DNA of 64,000 bases from Phoronis australis. Its lineage: Eukaryota; Animalia; Phoronida. A program made the translations under genes and the position numbers. Below, piece after piece: positions 13,193-26,737 of the stretch. The DNA is taken from the NCBI GenBank assembly GCA_002633005.1, contig NMRA01000033.1, positions 131,012 to 195,011 on the forward strand. Direction: 5' to 3'. The notes beneath the pieces were generated by a model that saw nothing but the letters and a program-made list of their open reading frames with translations, did not search any database and was not told the origin of the DNA. Positions within the stretch are counted from its first letter, which is position 1. Each line of letters opens with the position of its first letter.

Positions 13193-13333
13193 CTGCTCTT
13201 CTGCAGACACGCCAGGATGAACGTGCAGCTGCATATGGGGTACCTGCTGGGCGCCACTCTCCTTCACGCTCCGTGACTTGGGCTCCGAATTAACTGGTGT
13301 TTTGAATGCCGCCACACTGTCCGAGCTTCGTTG
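13193..13333 (-). CDS. AGAP1: Probable AGAP linker exon (QRSSDSVAAFKTP...SAEEQ)
   Basis: 141 nt phase 0-0, open frame, TTAG acceptor after T-rich tract, CAG|GTGAG donor. Confidence 0.7.
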
Positions 13334-13457
13334 CTAACACACACAAAAACAGTAATCATTCACTATGAAGCTTTTTAACGTTCTGTTCTTAGATCCTAAC
13401 ATCACAAGTGATATCATCTGGAGCAAGCAACTTAGCAAGAAGTACACTGTCTACTGT

Positions 13458-13565
13458 TATCATCAACATCATTCATTACCATTACCATTACCATTATCAT
13501 TATTATTATTATCGTGGTCATCGTTATTATCATTATCATTATTATTTTTGTTGTTGTTGTTGTTT
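13458..13565. repeat. Compound ATC/ATT/GTT trinucleotide tract
   Basis: Direct reading. Confidence 0.85.
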
Positions 13566-14261
13566 TGAATTTAGTGCTTTTCCATCAGAGATGGTCTAAA
13601 TGCCGTAAAAATTATGTGTACATAGACTACAATATATATATCCACATGAAATAATAAAAAATGAACAATGTAAGAGAAATGAGCGATTTTATTCGAGGAT
13701 CAAACAGTGTCTTCTAGTCAGATTTGAACCCATAATCTTTAGACTGCAGCTCTAACACTGGGCCACACCAGTTCCAAATCTGAAGACAAACATGCAATTG
13801 ACCAAAACAACAGACATCCAATGTCTCTGATATGGTCCTAGATAACTCTCAATGGAATCTTCACAATGCTAGATCATTTCGATTTCAACGCAAAACTTCC
13901 ACTGATAGCCAGCCAGTCTCTCTCACTCCCAGACATTCCCATTAGCAGAGTTATTTTGTCGTGAATGTATTGTATCTATTACAAAAGTATTCACGAGAAT
14001 GCATGCACGGTTAGAGAGAGAGAAAGACTGGCCACTCTTTGCAAACACATTGAGCTCGGCTCTTTCTATAGTATCAGTTTCAGGGACAACCGCTCAGTGG
14101 ATATGTCTCTTAAACTGAATAATGCCCTTGATGGTTTCTCTCGTGTTTAGAAAGTCCCCCAACCCTAGTGTTCGGTTGTTTGTAATTCTAGTACCACTAT
14201 CTTTTGTTGCCAAGTGACCAACTTTAGAAAATCAACTGCTTCTAACTCTGCTCGAGATGTG

Positions 14262-14569
14262 ACTAATTTGTTGCACTGTACGAGCGGTGGGCGGGGTGTG
14301 AGTGCCTCCGCATGATTGACAGTTATAATGCCTATTCAGCTGTGGCTTACTCCTTGCAATGTGTGAATGGTGGGCTAGGTGTGACTGCCTCCTCATGATT
14401 GACAGTTATAATGCCTATTCAGACGTGGCTTACTTATTGCACTGTGTGAGCGGTAAGCGGGGTGCGACTGCCTCCTCATGATTGACAGTTATAATGCCTA
14501 TTCAGATATGGCTTACTTGTTGTAAGGTGTGAGCGGTGGGCGGGGTGTGACTGCCTCCCGATGATTGAC
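14262..14569. repeat. 83-bp tandem repeat spanning the AGAP exon 6 donor
   Basis: GCTTAC recurs at 14345, 14428 and 14511; about 3.6 copies. Confidence 0.92.
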
Positions 14570-14707
14570 TGCTGGTGCTGTGAGTGTCATAAGGCTTCTG
14601 TGCTTGAGATGACAAAAAGTTCCTCGGAATACTGTGATTGGGAGTGTTCGAGCGTGAATTGCTGGGGCTGGCCTCTAGATGGCGCTGTTGCACTATTTTG
14701 ACACAAG
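14517..14707 (-). CDS. AGAP1: AGAP exon 6 (ACVKIVQQR...SNTPNHS...TLQQ)
   Basis: CACAG acceptor in phase 1 continuing exon 5; ACxKIV end of GTPase-like domain then Ser/Pro-rich linker; GTAAGC donor in phase 0. Confidence 0.88.
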
Positions 14708-15143
14708 CTGTGAGAGACACAACGGTGTAATCATCACATTGACGATATACATGCTTATATGCCATGACAAAGACATATATCACATTTTTGGAAATAACTC
14801 TAAAAAATCTTGCATGAAGTTCAACTACAAAAATAGACATCATCATTTTAACGACAAAATAGAGGTTTAGGTACGCAAGCTGAAATACATAAAATTTATT
14901 AGTTTCTAATTTATTTAAAATTGTAATTTTGAAAACTTCTTTCAGACATTCAAGAGAATTTGCAAATTTTTAGGGGTGGTAGCTCAAAATGAGTGCAAAA
15001 TGATACAATGATATTGTGTACATATCAAAATTAGATTTAACAGTGAATAAGGAGTATTTAAGGGCATAGCTTACAACCTAAGAAAGTCATTAACAACCTC
15101 GAATGTGTTTTACTTCACGCTAAGCTGTGAACTACACACGTAC

Positions 15144-15278
15144 CGTCCTGAAAAACCCGTTCCACATTAAGTCCATAGGTGGCGCACGTCTCGTAGTAAG
15201 CACACTTACGAAGGTCGTTGGCCAGTTTCCGTGCTCTCGTCTCATCAATGACTCGTGGCGATGTCTCACTGATGCCAT
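15144..15278 (-). CDS. AGAP1: AGAP exon 5 ([12 protein letters not shown]...[18 protein letters not shown])
   Basis: 135 nt, AG/GT boundaries, [16 protein letters not shown] motif. Confidence 0.96.
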
Positions 15279-15902
15279 CTGCAAACAGGTAGACATACAA
15301 ATACCCGTGCTCAGCTTGAAGAGCAAAACTAAAGTACAGGAAGAAATGCACCCGTAATAAAACACATACAGTAGTTTTCAAAAAAAATTCTCAACATTTT
15401 TCTCACAACAATATTCGGCAAAATTTCAACGTGAAATTTTCCAGCTAATTTTCAAATGCTTGGCATTTTTTCATTCAACTTCCTACCACGTTATGACCAA
15501 ATTTAATCTTTTTTAAAACTAGTTGATAAAGCTAAGAAAACTGAATTAATAAACATCAAAGACAGCTATACAGGTCGCAAAATTGCGTCACAACACAGAA
15601 CCACATGGCAATGATCATGAATACTGATGCCATTTTCCTTGTACAGCACACCTCTCAACTGACAAAGCCGGAACAGATATCGAAAAAAATGGTAATATTA
15701 TCTGTTACGGTAATGTCCATCTTTGTAACTGTTTTGTTAATTCAATGCTCTCCGAATACAGTTCTTTCATAATCACACCTCTAGTGCAAAGTTGCAGTAT
15801 TATTTTATAACTTGATTATCAAGACATGTAATTCTTGATCAGGATTTAATGTAAATTATATTGTTTTTCAACATGTCCTAAAAAACACCGGACTACACTT
15901 AC

Positions 15903-16044
15903 CTTGTGTTCCAACCAGAATGAGTGGGATTTCGTTGGTATTCCTGTAGTGCGCCATCTTAGCATAGTAACTGTAGATGGCGTTGAAACTCATCTCGTTC
16001 TCTAGACTGAAGACGAAGATTACAGCGTCCACCCAGTGTGTAAA
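15903..16044 (-). CDS. AGAP1: AGAP exon 4 ([17 protein letters not shown]...IPLILVGTQ)
   Basis: 142 nt, AG/GTAAG boundaries, [12 protein letters not shown] and LVGTQD motifs. Confidence 0.96.
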
Positions 16045-16229
16045 CTAAACAAGAAAGCACAATGATCACACAATCAGATTGAATTGTAGTTTGAGAAAAT
16101 ACCTCAAAGACAAGCTTCTACTACAAAAAACATTGATTTTCAACCAATTTTTATGCAAAACAGAAAGCACGACCAAACACTATCTTTCTATAAAGTCCCC
16201 TTAAGCAACCCTGAAGGACTTGAAGGTAC

Positions 16230-16403
16230 CTGAAGTTCTGGAGTTCCCCCCTCATCTCGTATCAGGAGGAGATAACTCTGACCATCGTTGACCAGCTCCT
16301 TCTTGAACCTGCCCCCTTCAGGGCTCTCTTCTTGCATGTAGGAGCCAGTGAGATAGCGGTGAACCAGCGCAGACTTGCCACTCTGGATGGAACCAACGAT
16401 GCC
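16230..16403 (-). CDS. AGAP1: AGAP exon 3, GTPase-like domain P-loop ([22 protein letters not shown]...LLIRDEGG)
   Basis: 174 nt, AG/GT boundaries, [13 protein letters not shown] and RDEGG motifs. Confidence 0.96.
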
Positions 16404-16459
16404 CTGCGGACACAAATCACAACCAACAGCGTTGTCTTGAAATTAGCTCTTCTATGTAA

Positions 16460-16902
16460 AGACCCTGGTTTTCAATGGAAAATGGACGGAATTCACAGAA
16501 TCCGACTCCCTTCTCAGAATTAAACATTTCAAACAGAATTTCCATAATTCAATGAAGGTTTCATAATTCTAATATTTTTGTTTTTAATCACCAAGGAGTT
16601 AAGAATACAATCTATCCTATCAGTCACGTTCTGGCCACAAATCCATCAACAATTGTTTTGTAGAAGACAAGTCCAAGTATACGTGGATTCTTTCTGAAGG
16701 TGGCGCTATTCTTTTCCAGTTTTGAGAAACACTAAACATGGCATGCAGCAAGTTATCGGCATAATTCACTGAAAGTAATGTTTCCACATCACTTTCATGT
16801 TATTCATTACTAATACAGAATTCGATAGTTTACAAAACGAATATGGAATTTTACGTTAGTCTCAACTTATTTCCATTTTTGACAATGGAAAAACCAGGCT
16901 CT
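16460..16902. mobile_element. MITE with AGA(C/G)CCTGGTTTT termini
   Basis: Imperfect terminal inverted repeats; related copy at 59748. Confidence 0.65.
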
Positions 16903-17464
16903 CTATCAGCACTGTGCATTTCAAAACAAAGTACTTTGAATAACTATAGAACTACAGTGATGTGAGGTAGAATGTGAACAGCTATAAAGATACAGTGATG
17001 TGAGGTACAATTTGAATATGAGAAACAAAAATAACACTTTAAGTAGTTGCCAACTAGTCGCTAGTACTTGTTTAAAAAGCATTGCAGCCTACTACACAAT
17101 CAGACCAATGAAACAACGATAAAATAATAGACATCTGATATCTAGTCATCAAGATAAGACAACACTTCTTTAATTTGGTACAGCCTCTTCAATTTGAAAC
17201 ATCGGAATCCATGCAAAAAATGTTTGATGCCAAAATAGTAGACAGGGATAATAATTGTAAACAATGTAACTCAAAATAGATCTCGGCAATGGGCATTGCA
17301 TTTTGTAAACAAACAATACCACACCCACTTCAAAATTTCACACAGCAATTATTCTTTGTTTTGGATGTGTTACACTGTACGTTATACCATTTGTTCTCAC
17401 TACCTTAATAACAAAAGCATCGCGTTAAGATGCACCCACGACCACACTGCAAACAGTATGCTTA

Positions 17465-17781
17465 CAGGCCTCCATCTAGAGGGTGTCCAGGGCATCCAAA
17501 GGACACACGAATCAATTCTAGACACCCTCCTAGTAGTTAGGACGCCCTGTTCAGCATTTGGACACCCAAGTAAAGTAAGCAATAAAAAGTTGGTTTAGAA
17601 ATGATGTAAGGCAGAAAAACTTTATTGCTAAACCATGTCTCCACAGTAGCTTAAAACACTGTAACAGTAATTTGACTTGGGGTAATAAAAATGCTGTCGC
17701 ACATCGTTGGTCATGGACGCCCTGAGAAATTGGGAAACACATTTTGAAGGCACTATTTTGGAAATCCTGGGTGAATCCCTG
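17465..17781. mobile_element. Older inverted copy of the 50067 MITE family
   Basis: 17713-17781 aligns to the reverse complement of 50067-50135; GGACGCCC repeats; no intact TSD. Confidence 0.75.
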
Positions 17782-18273
17782 TGCAGAATACATTAAGGTC
17801 ATCCGGAAAAGGGAAGGCATAGCCAACTCCATAATAGAAACCAATTTTCGTAATTTCATAAAATCCAAAAAGGAACTCCAGAGATACAGAGGCAAAATAA
17901 CAAAACTGCCACTATGAGGCATAGTGGCAGCTGGATCCACCTGAAAGAAGTCGTCATGACGTCATCTGTTGTCACAAAACACGAATACAACTGCTAAATG
18001 TCGCAAAGATCTACAAGGAGTTTAGGAAATACAGTCAAAGATGCAAAGAAAGAACAAAATTAACATAAGGGAGCGTCCGATTAATCGTAATCTTCAAAAA
18101 TGCATGGTCTTCTCAGCAGGAGTACATTTGCCAATTTTCGTAACGATCCTTCAAGCAGACACCAGACAGCAATAGGCGGCCAAATGCATTTATGTAGGCA
18201 CTTTTAAAAAGTTTTGTTTTAATGTTTCACATCACAACAAAACTACTGAATCGAATACATCCACTGTACTCAC

Positions 18274-18332
18274 CAGTTTGAGGTCTGGGACAGCTCTGGC
18301 CAAAGTCCATTCCTGGCTGTTGACAAATGAGT
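18274..18332 (-). CDS. AGAP1: AGAP exon 2 (DSFVNSQEWTLARAVPDLKL)
   Basis: 59 nt, TTACAG acceptor and GTGAGT donor, phases compatible with neighbours; FVNSQEWTL family motif. Confidence 0.95.
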
Positions 18333-21300
18333 CTGTAACAGGTATTAAGATGGAATTAAGCTATTTTCAAACTGATGAACTCTTGAAATTGAACCAAAAC
18401 TGCAACCAGGAAACCGTAAAAATCAACAAAAAAATACAGCACTTGCAGAAACTTGCTAAACACCAATCACAATACTCTAGCTCTAACCAACTCTTATCAC
18501 TTTGTACTAAAACTTGGCACTTAGCATAAACAAAAGGGAGCATGTTAATCACTGTGTACTTGGCCCAATTGCAACAGGGATGGGATTTGTGACACTGGAG
18601 ATTTGAAATGTCTGCCCCAAGGTACAACTTTTCTCCGACAAATAATAACTTCCCCTTCCATCCTCTGCTGCCAACAAATGACCGCCACTGTAGGTTTTTC
18701 AAGAAATTCTGACCTTTTTGCCGGACAGCCCAGCACTGTTTTCTGCCAGTTAATATACCCCAGCCCAAATTATTTTGATTAAAACTCTCCCACAGGATAT
18801 TTCTCAACTACAAACACTGAATACCCTAAAATAGAACTCCTCCAAGATATGCACAAATACAGGTCACCTAATTTTTACTACAAATGCTGTTTTCACAACA
18901 ACCCTGAATAACGTAATGCTGATACATAACATTCAACAATTTCAAATTTATTGCGACCTGGAGTCGGAATATGAGCCTGTACAAGATGTAGGGAAGAACA
19001 CCACTGCATTAAAACAGGTGCACCCATTAGTCAGGGGAACACCAGAGAGAAAGACCATCTGACCCAGCAGGGGTCACTCTCCAACAGAATGTCCAAGTGC
19101 CATTGTTCAGGGCAGCTTATCTCAGCTATGTCAGCTGTTCTTGAATCAGGAAGTCTACAGCTAAGGCTGGTCAATCAGCGATACCCAGAAGGACCACCAC
19201 AAGGAAACCTCAGTCAGACGAGAGCTGGGAAAACTGTAGTAGAAAGCAAACACTGTGTTGGCGTAGGTGTGATGATATATATGTCTTGAATGAGTGTGAA
19301 TTAAGAAATCTCCTCAGAAGGCAAACAATGCCTAGAAATACAAGAGAGAAAAACTAGGTTACGTGTGACGTATGTTGAAATATGGGTTGTGATTTCGTCG
19401 AGGCGTGACCAGAGTGAAGTATTTTCACGAGATCGAAGGTTGAGTGAAAATACATCACTCTGATCATGCTGAGACCAAATCGTTACCCAAATTTCAATAC
19501 ATGCCGTATAACTTTTATACACCTCATATTTTGGCACTTTTCATTGTTTCTTTGCGCGGACTCGATTACTTTCACGCGTAGTAATACACATATGAAATGT
19601 TTGTACACTTAAATTATTTAGGTCGAAGAAAACAAAGCAGAGCAGAATCAGTCGATAATCTTTTAATTTTTCAAGTTTCAAAATAGCAGATAAAGATAAA
19701 AACAAGGTAAACACACTCTTAATACTCATCGAACTGTTTTTGACAACTATGGAACACGAATTACAACGAATTCAGCTATAAACACGTCAACACTAACACA
19801 AGCCAACTTGACTTGACCAGACGATATTGGTGAAATTGCAGAAAGGCGACGTTTACATCTATAATTTCCTGGGATTTTATTTAGCCATACTATTTCGAAT
19901 TGTTAGAATTAATATTTTTGTTTGTGCCTAAACTGGTAAATAAGTATCGTTGCCTTCCCAATGATCGAGTTCGCAGAACAAGTGACCTAGATTTCATGCA
20001 TTTGTGACTTGCGTCACTCAGATCATTCTTGTTTCGTATTTCATTGATTTACGCAATGTTAGCTTACTTTCAGTTGTTATTTTTTTATTTTATTCTGCCA
20101 GTAGACATAGTACTTTTGGTTTGTTTTCACTTAATCGGCTGTTGAACCAGATAAGTGGGAATTCCGACACAGTGATCAAGTGTAGAGAAAGTAGTCCGTC
20201 TCGCATGCGACTTGTATTTGTCAGTACTTATTTGTCAGTAAACCAGTTATTTCACGTCCTGGACGGGCGTTTATAGTACTGTTTGTACAGCGTATATGTA
20301 CATGTTTGGTATGAAAATTTCTTATTCCACTGACAATTACAGTAAATTTTTACCTACGTAGTATAAAAGAGGGAATTTAGTTTGTCAATTTTTAATAGGA
20401 TGTAGTGTACACTTCGCAAAATTATTAATAGTTAAGAGAAATAACAATAACGGTAAGTGAATAATCACAAACAGTATAAACATTAAAATGATGCGCCTGG
20501 GACTAGGTTCTATACACACATGAATGACTGATTGCTTCATTGGCTTTTTCATTAACAAAAAATCCCCATAGACATCAGTGTTCTCCTTAACATGCACCAA
20601 TCAAACTATGGCCACGCATCGTGTTTGAAAGTTCAAAGCCACGTTTGGAAATCTTGCGCCAGGATTTAAATGCAGAAAAAGCTTTGTTTAAAAATACTGA
20701 ACCGTTTTTAAAAAGACCGTTTTGTCAATGCAAATAATTTCAATAGGGTTACGCAGACGTACATATTCTTTTGCTGTAAAAATGATAGCAGCATGCTCAG
20801 CAAGTGAAAAAGTTGTTTCTGTGCAATAACAGAAAGGAAGACAAGGATACGAAGACACCAGACAACTGGCACCTTGACTGGATTTTTATCAAGGAGGACC
20901 ATGGATTTTATCAACATCAATTGTTTCTGTAGTAAAAATTTCCAGAAACTGAAACTGGATAACACCAAAAAGTTATTCTATTCGGGGAAAAAAGATTTGT
21001 TAAAATTGTCATTTTTCTATTTTTCCAAAGCTTACATCACTAAAAATGGGTTGCTTGGTGACAGCAAAATTGGACACAACACCCTAAACACAACCTAAAA
21101 TCACACAATGAAAGATCACTCATATACTTGCCATATTGTGTCTCAACCATAAGTATGTTCACAGTATATTGCCCTGTTAAACTGATTAATGCATCTTCAA
21201 GCCATTCACTCACCCAACATCAATATGTCATTTATAGCCTATAGTTAAGTCCTGGTAGTATCTGATGTTTATAGCCCATGTTGACATCTCTTGATGTCCT

Positions 21301-24300
21301 GAGCAACACAAAAAAGGATCCCGCCTCAAGCCTCTTGGGAAAACAGCATTTTTATGAAAATAGTGCTCGGCACATGAGAGAGAAACATTGAGACACAATG
21401 ACTTGTTAAGAATGTTTAGAACGGATTGTTTTGAAGTCTAAATACTTCAACAACACTAACTTGAATATCATCCTGCAGCTCTGAGTGTCAAAGGGGAAAT
21501 GAAAGATCAGTCACTCTTTTGCAAGTGACATGATTTAACTACTACATGTCTCAGGGTAAAGACTTTTAAAAATGTTGCCATGGCAATATCTCATCGGGAT
21601 ACAGTAACTGGCATTGAATAACTGGGTACTAAATTTCAACCTTCGCTAACACACATCAACGTAGGAACAAGTATTCACTCTGCTAACTCAGTTATATGAA
21701 TGCAAACAACCACTAACAGATTGACTTTTTCAATCAGAGAATCCCATTTTCCGTGTGAAACGTCCCCAGCTTCAACCTCACTCTCAGCGAATGTGTTGAG
21801 CAAAATCTCCAAATCCACAAAAGCGGAAGTGAGTCAACCGTGTATTTCAATCCACTTCACTGGATCTTGACCCTGTCAGCTATAAGATTCTCAAGCAAAT
21901 TGTTTGGGCACAATAAGTGTTGACAATTCAGAGAACTTATAGTTTGGTTTTCAAAGCACAACAGGACACTAAAAATTATACTCTTTCTTTGCACAAACAT
22001 ACCGAAAGGCGAATCAGTACCAAGAAAGTGCCGTTAATAACAGTTCTTGGCTGTTTGCTAAACCAATCAGCCATCTCATGGATCTTTATCTAGACCCGGA
22101 GCAACGGTTTGGGACTGGGGTTTGGTCCCAAATGTATCGAGTTTGGCCAGCATGGGCATAACCTTGAGACCAAGGACTCGATCATACTAAAAAAATTGCA
22201 AGAATATTCAACCGCCTGCTCAGCTGGCACATGACCTACCGTAAACATTCAGGTTAATGCCCAACCCTTCTTTTTAAAATTTACAGATTAAATGCCCACT
22301 GCTTAGCTAAGCCTACCCTTTTGAGTATTTTTACTTAAACACCCACTGCTCAAGCTAGTGCCCATGTGTAATTTACTTCATGGAGTTGATTTTTAAACAA
22401 TAAGGCACACTTTCAAATGTGAGAACTGGGTCAAGTTGGAGTCATACTTTAGATTGCAATGTTGGTGGAAACATCGTATTTTGTTAGCCTCTTCTGTAAC
22501 ATATTGAAAGTAGTCGCATTGTTGAAATTGACTCTGAGGAAACTGTATTGAGCCACAGACTCTCAGTCTAGGCTATAACAAATTTATTTTTCAAAAGAAT
22601 ACTTCTTTTCTAAAAGTTTTAAGAACCAAATTCCTGCTCTGTTTTCTTCGGAAGGCGACACGGCGCAAGTGACATGCATGGCAGAGTCACAGAGGGGCCA
22701 CGTGGCTAAATTATATGGCACATATTCAGTGCCACGGGAGTAAACTTGAATCAGCCGATAACAAAAATACACCCAAAGTTGATTTTTATTTCATGCAAAA
22801 CTAAATAACGAATACACAAACGACATAAGACACGAAATTTTTTCACCAAGTGAAATCCAAACTGCATCGTATCAGTTGACTAAGGCATACAATGCCTCAC
22901 CGACATTTTTTGACAGGATGTTTTTCAATCGGTCAAGTTGCGAAAGTTTGGATTGCGAAAAGGAAGGAGTTTGCACTGAATTTTATCTAACTTTGTAACT
23001 TCAATGACTTTGATGACAATCATATATTTATATATGTGTGACACATTATTTCCAACAAAAGTTCCGCGTACTTTTCATTGTTTATTTTCTCCTCTTTTGA
23101 GTAGAATATATAGCTGCACGTTTTGTTTAGAAGTTGCCAACTCAACTTTCGCAATAATAATTAGCCTTATGGCAAAGTCCTTAAATTTCACACCTGAGGA
23201 CAATTTCGATGGTCATGGTAGTCAGGGCCACTCACTCCCAACTTCTTGAAGTTTGCAATTTAAGCACCCTTAATTTCTAGGTTCACCAATTTAAGTGCCC
23301 AGTGTATTAACCGAATTATCTTTGTGCCAGTTTCAAGTTTTACAGCAACAGTGATAAGGTCAAAAATGTTATATGATTAATTTCACAATCAAGGGTTCAC
23401 GCGATATACAGTTACAATTCTCTTTTAAAATGTCGGTTACCTCGAAATGTCGAATCATACTGAAAATAAAACATTTTCAACGGATATCCCTTTGCACAAT
23501 GAACGCTTCATGTTGACAAAAAATGAACAAATTTAAATACTCACAATATGGCAATCAACTTGTCAGGTTATTTCTAAAGTCCCGTTTAGACATTAACTTT
23601 TGACCTGGCGCAACTGACACAGCGCAAGATGATCTGTGCCAAGCGGCCATTTACACACAGAGAGCTCCGAAACGGTGGCAAGATGGAAAGTTTTAGGCAG
23701 GAATTTGGGCTGCACACGCACAAAACAAAATTCATGAGTTGCTGTTCATTATTATCATTATTATAATTGTGCTTTGCCCCAGTTTCACATTTAGATGCAA
23801 AGTTGACACGGAGCAAGATAATTAGGCCCAACTTGCTCTACCTCACTAACGTGCGACAAAAGTTATCACTATGATGTTAATTTGCTGTGTCAGTGATGCT
23901 TACACACATACTTTTGTAATGTTAACAGGACTTTAGACATCAGGTTTGGCATCAACATTACAACAAAGTCAAGTTTCTGCGATACAACAGAAGTCACGAG
24001 AACAAACTTTATTTTGTTCAGCTCTCAAAATCTAACACCAGGTGCAAAATTTGACCTCTGATTACTCGTGGTGAATTCAGCTCAAGCTTAACTTGGCAAA
24101 AATAACTTCAAATTTTAGTTGCTCAACTCCACAAATGTGACCTCAAATTCCAACATTTTTCACTGCTTTGTATGTTTTCCAATTTATCTTATAAAAGTTT
24201 CCCCAGTGTCTTAGAAAAACAAGATCACAAGAGCATTCTGCAATCCCACAGTCATACTGTATGTACACTGTGAACAAAGTATACCATGGCGTGTTCCATG

Positions 24301-24821
24301 GCAATAGTCTAGAATAAACAGCCACTTATACTTGACTTAAAATTTTGGGAACACAAAACTGGTGCAGAACAGTGTAATTCCACAAAACTGCGGAGGACAA
24401 TGTCATTATCAAACTGAACAGACAACAGTCACTTTGGGTGGTAACTGGTTTTAAGAACCAGGTAATCACTGAATAACTCTTGTTGTTCAGTGGACTTGTT
24501 TGTTACTCAGGGGATGACACTGGTTCTCAACATCAGGCACCACCACAAGGTTGTCACTGAACTCATCTTGCACTTTCTAACCGAATATAGCAAAGAGCAA
24601 TTACCCCCAGGCAGAATCTTTTAAGCACGCCTTCTATACTATCACAACGACAACCAGTTTGATTGGTTCTCAAAATCAGGGATAACCAAATCAATACTGG
24701 AATTATTCTTCACCAGAGTACCACACCACTGGGCTGGTGCATGTTTGTCTACTGGTAAGAGGTGGTACATCCTGACATGCCATGTACGCCTCAATATTTA
24801 TGCTTGTCTACTAGTGGTAGA

Positions 24822-25100
24822 GGAGGCAGCATGGCCTAGTGCGATAGGTGGCCTAGTGCGATAGGTGGCCTAGTGCGATAGGTGGCCTGGTGCGATGGGT
24901 GGCCTGGTGCGATGGGTGGCCTAGTGCGATACGTGGCCTAGTGCGATAGGTGGCCTCTTTCTTTACTCGAGGTCGTGGATTCGAGTCCCACTGGGTCACA
25001 CTGCTAAACCCTTGAGTCAAGATTCTAGCTCCTCAGCTCGGTTTTAATCATATATTAAAAAAGCATAAAAATGGTTCCAGGTGATCAGTGCAATGGGCCC
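24822..25100 (+). mobile_element. tRNA-derived SINE with tandemly amplified A-box
   Basis: TGGCCTAGTG A-box, GGATTCGAGTCC B-box; body aligns with 44586-44795. Confidence 0.8.
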
Positions 25101-26737
25101 ACCTAAGTAACATTTAAATTTCAAAAGCACGATGGATTGATGCACACAAAAACAACAATCTTCAATTTCAAATCCTGCTTAACTAATATTGCGTCAAAAC
25201 TTGCCACATTGATGATTTCTAGCCTTTGTTGTCGGCATAGCTGATTTCTTCCCACACTACCACGATCCTATAAATCTCGATATTATATAGTTGTAATTCC
25301 TGATCCATGCCAGTGCAGTAGGTGCCAGTGTCAGCATTATGAAACACATTGAATAATGAATTCCTTTTCCCCATTTACTAAATGTAACCTAATTCCTCAG
25401 TATACAAGATAGTTTAAAATCAGGTCTAAACAGGTTCAAATATTCATTTTCATTATATTTTTTTCATTCTATGTACGTGCCAAGAGTCGGACAATTCAGA
25501 TGTAACGGGTAGTCTGAAGCCTTGTCCTGGCGTGTCCACTTCCTGTGACTTTGATTAGTGATTGAAATGCGTTCGAATGATACAAAACTCATCCTACACC
25601 GAGATCACACAATGAAACTTTACTGCGGCGCTAAGATCCACATCCGCTGCGACCATTCACCATCACACTCCTTTTGAAGCCCAGGCAATGGGGGGATCCC
25701 ACTTCCTACGTGAGTGGGACAACAAGCTTTGCATCCCACTAAGACAATTCACCATCAAAACTCAGGGGAAACACTGAAGTCTGATAATAAACTGCAATTC
25801 ATTAAGCTGCCAAAAACAAATGCATCTTTCTAAATACAGTACAAGCTGCAACCTTGAGCAAAATAATCAATTTTTCATTGTCCCAAACTTTAGAATTTTT
25901 ACGGCAATCATGTAACATTCTACTAGGTACCTTTAGAGCACAGAAGAAATTCAGGCAAACCTTTGGAGGCCATAGCTGTCTTTAAATCCTTTCGACTTGA
26001 ATAAGTGCTCCAGTAATCCAAGATGTTTTCCTACACATACCTTCATTTGCCAACACATTTGACAGCTTATCTCCATTAATTTTACTATGCTCAAGATCAA
26101 ACAGAAACCCCATAATGACGATAATGTAACTGCCCAACCAATTTACTTGTTGATGGACAAAATAAAGTATAATACTAAACACTATGATTGGTTAATGGAT
26201 AAAATATAATTACACAGCCAAAACTGCCATCATCTTCCTCTAATTTTTTGTCCCAGATATGCAAATTATAGGTCACTCACCTGACCAAAAGTCAAAAAGG
26301 ATGTGACCACCGCAATAAGATAGCATGGCTGTCATCAGACCTATTTAACATGTGACCAACAGTGGTAATAGTACAGGATTGAACTTAATTGCTAGAGTTA
26401 AGGATCAAAGAACATCAAAAAGGGACTAAGTTTACTGCCAGGTAAGTGTATTGGATTTCCTCCTTTAAAGCAAGTTTTCATTCAAAAGTTATCGGCAGCT
26501 GCTGGCAATAAGTATCTGTTAGCGAGTTACCCATGAGGTACACTAGGCAGGATTGTATAGACAGAGCAGAGTCTGCATAGCCAGAGCCAGAGGCAGAGGC
26601 GGAGTTGTATGATACTGATGTATGGCCTGTATGGGAAGGGAACATGTCTGCCCTCACGCTGAGAGTTAGCAGTACAGGGTACCTGTCTAATCTACTAGTT
26701 CTTCAAGTGACGTAAAGCAGAAAGACATATTTCTCAC

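Noticed and set aside
18367-18807. Longer intronic ORFs in the track (also 17551, 44118, 45486, 49387)
   Set aside because: No recognisable motifs or splice support; consistent with chance ORFs or repeat remnants
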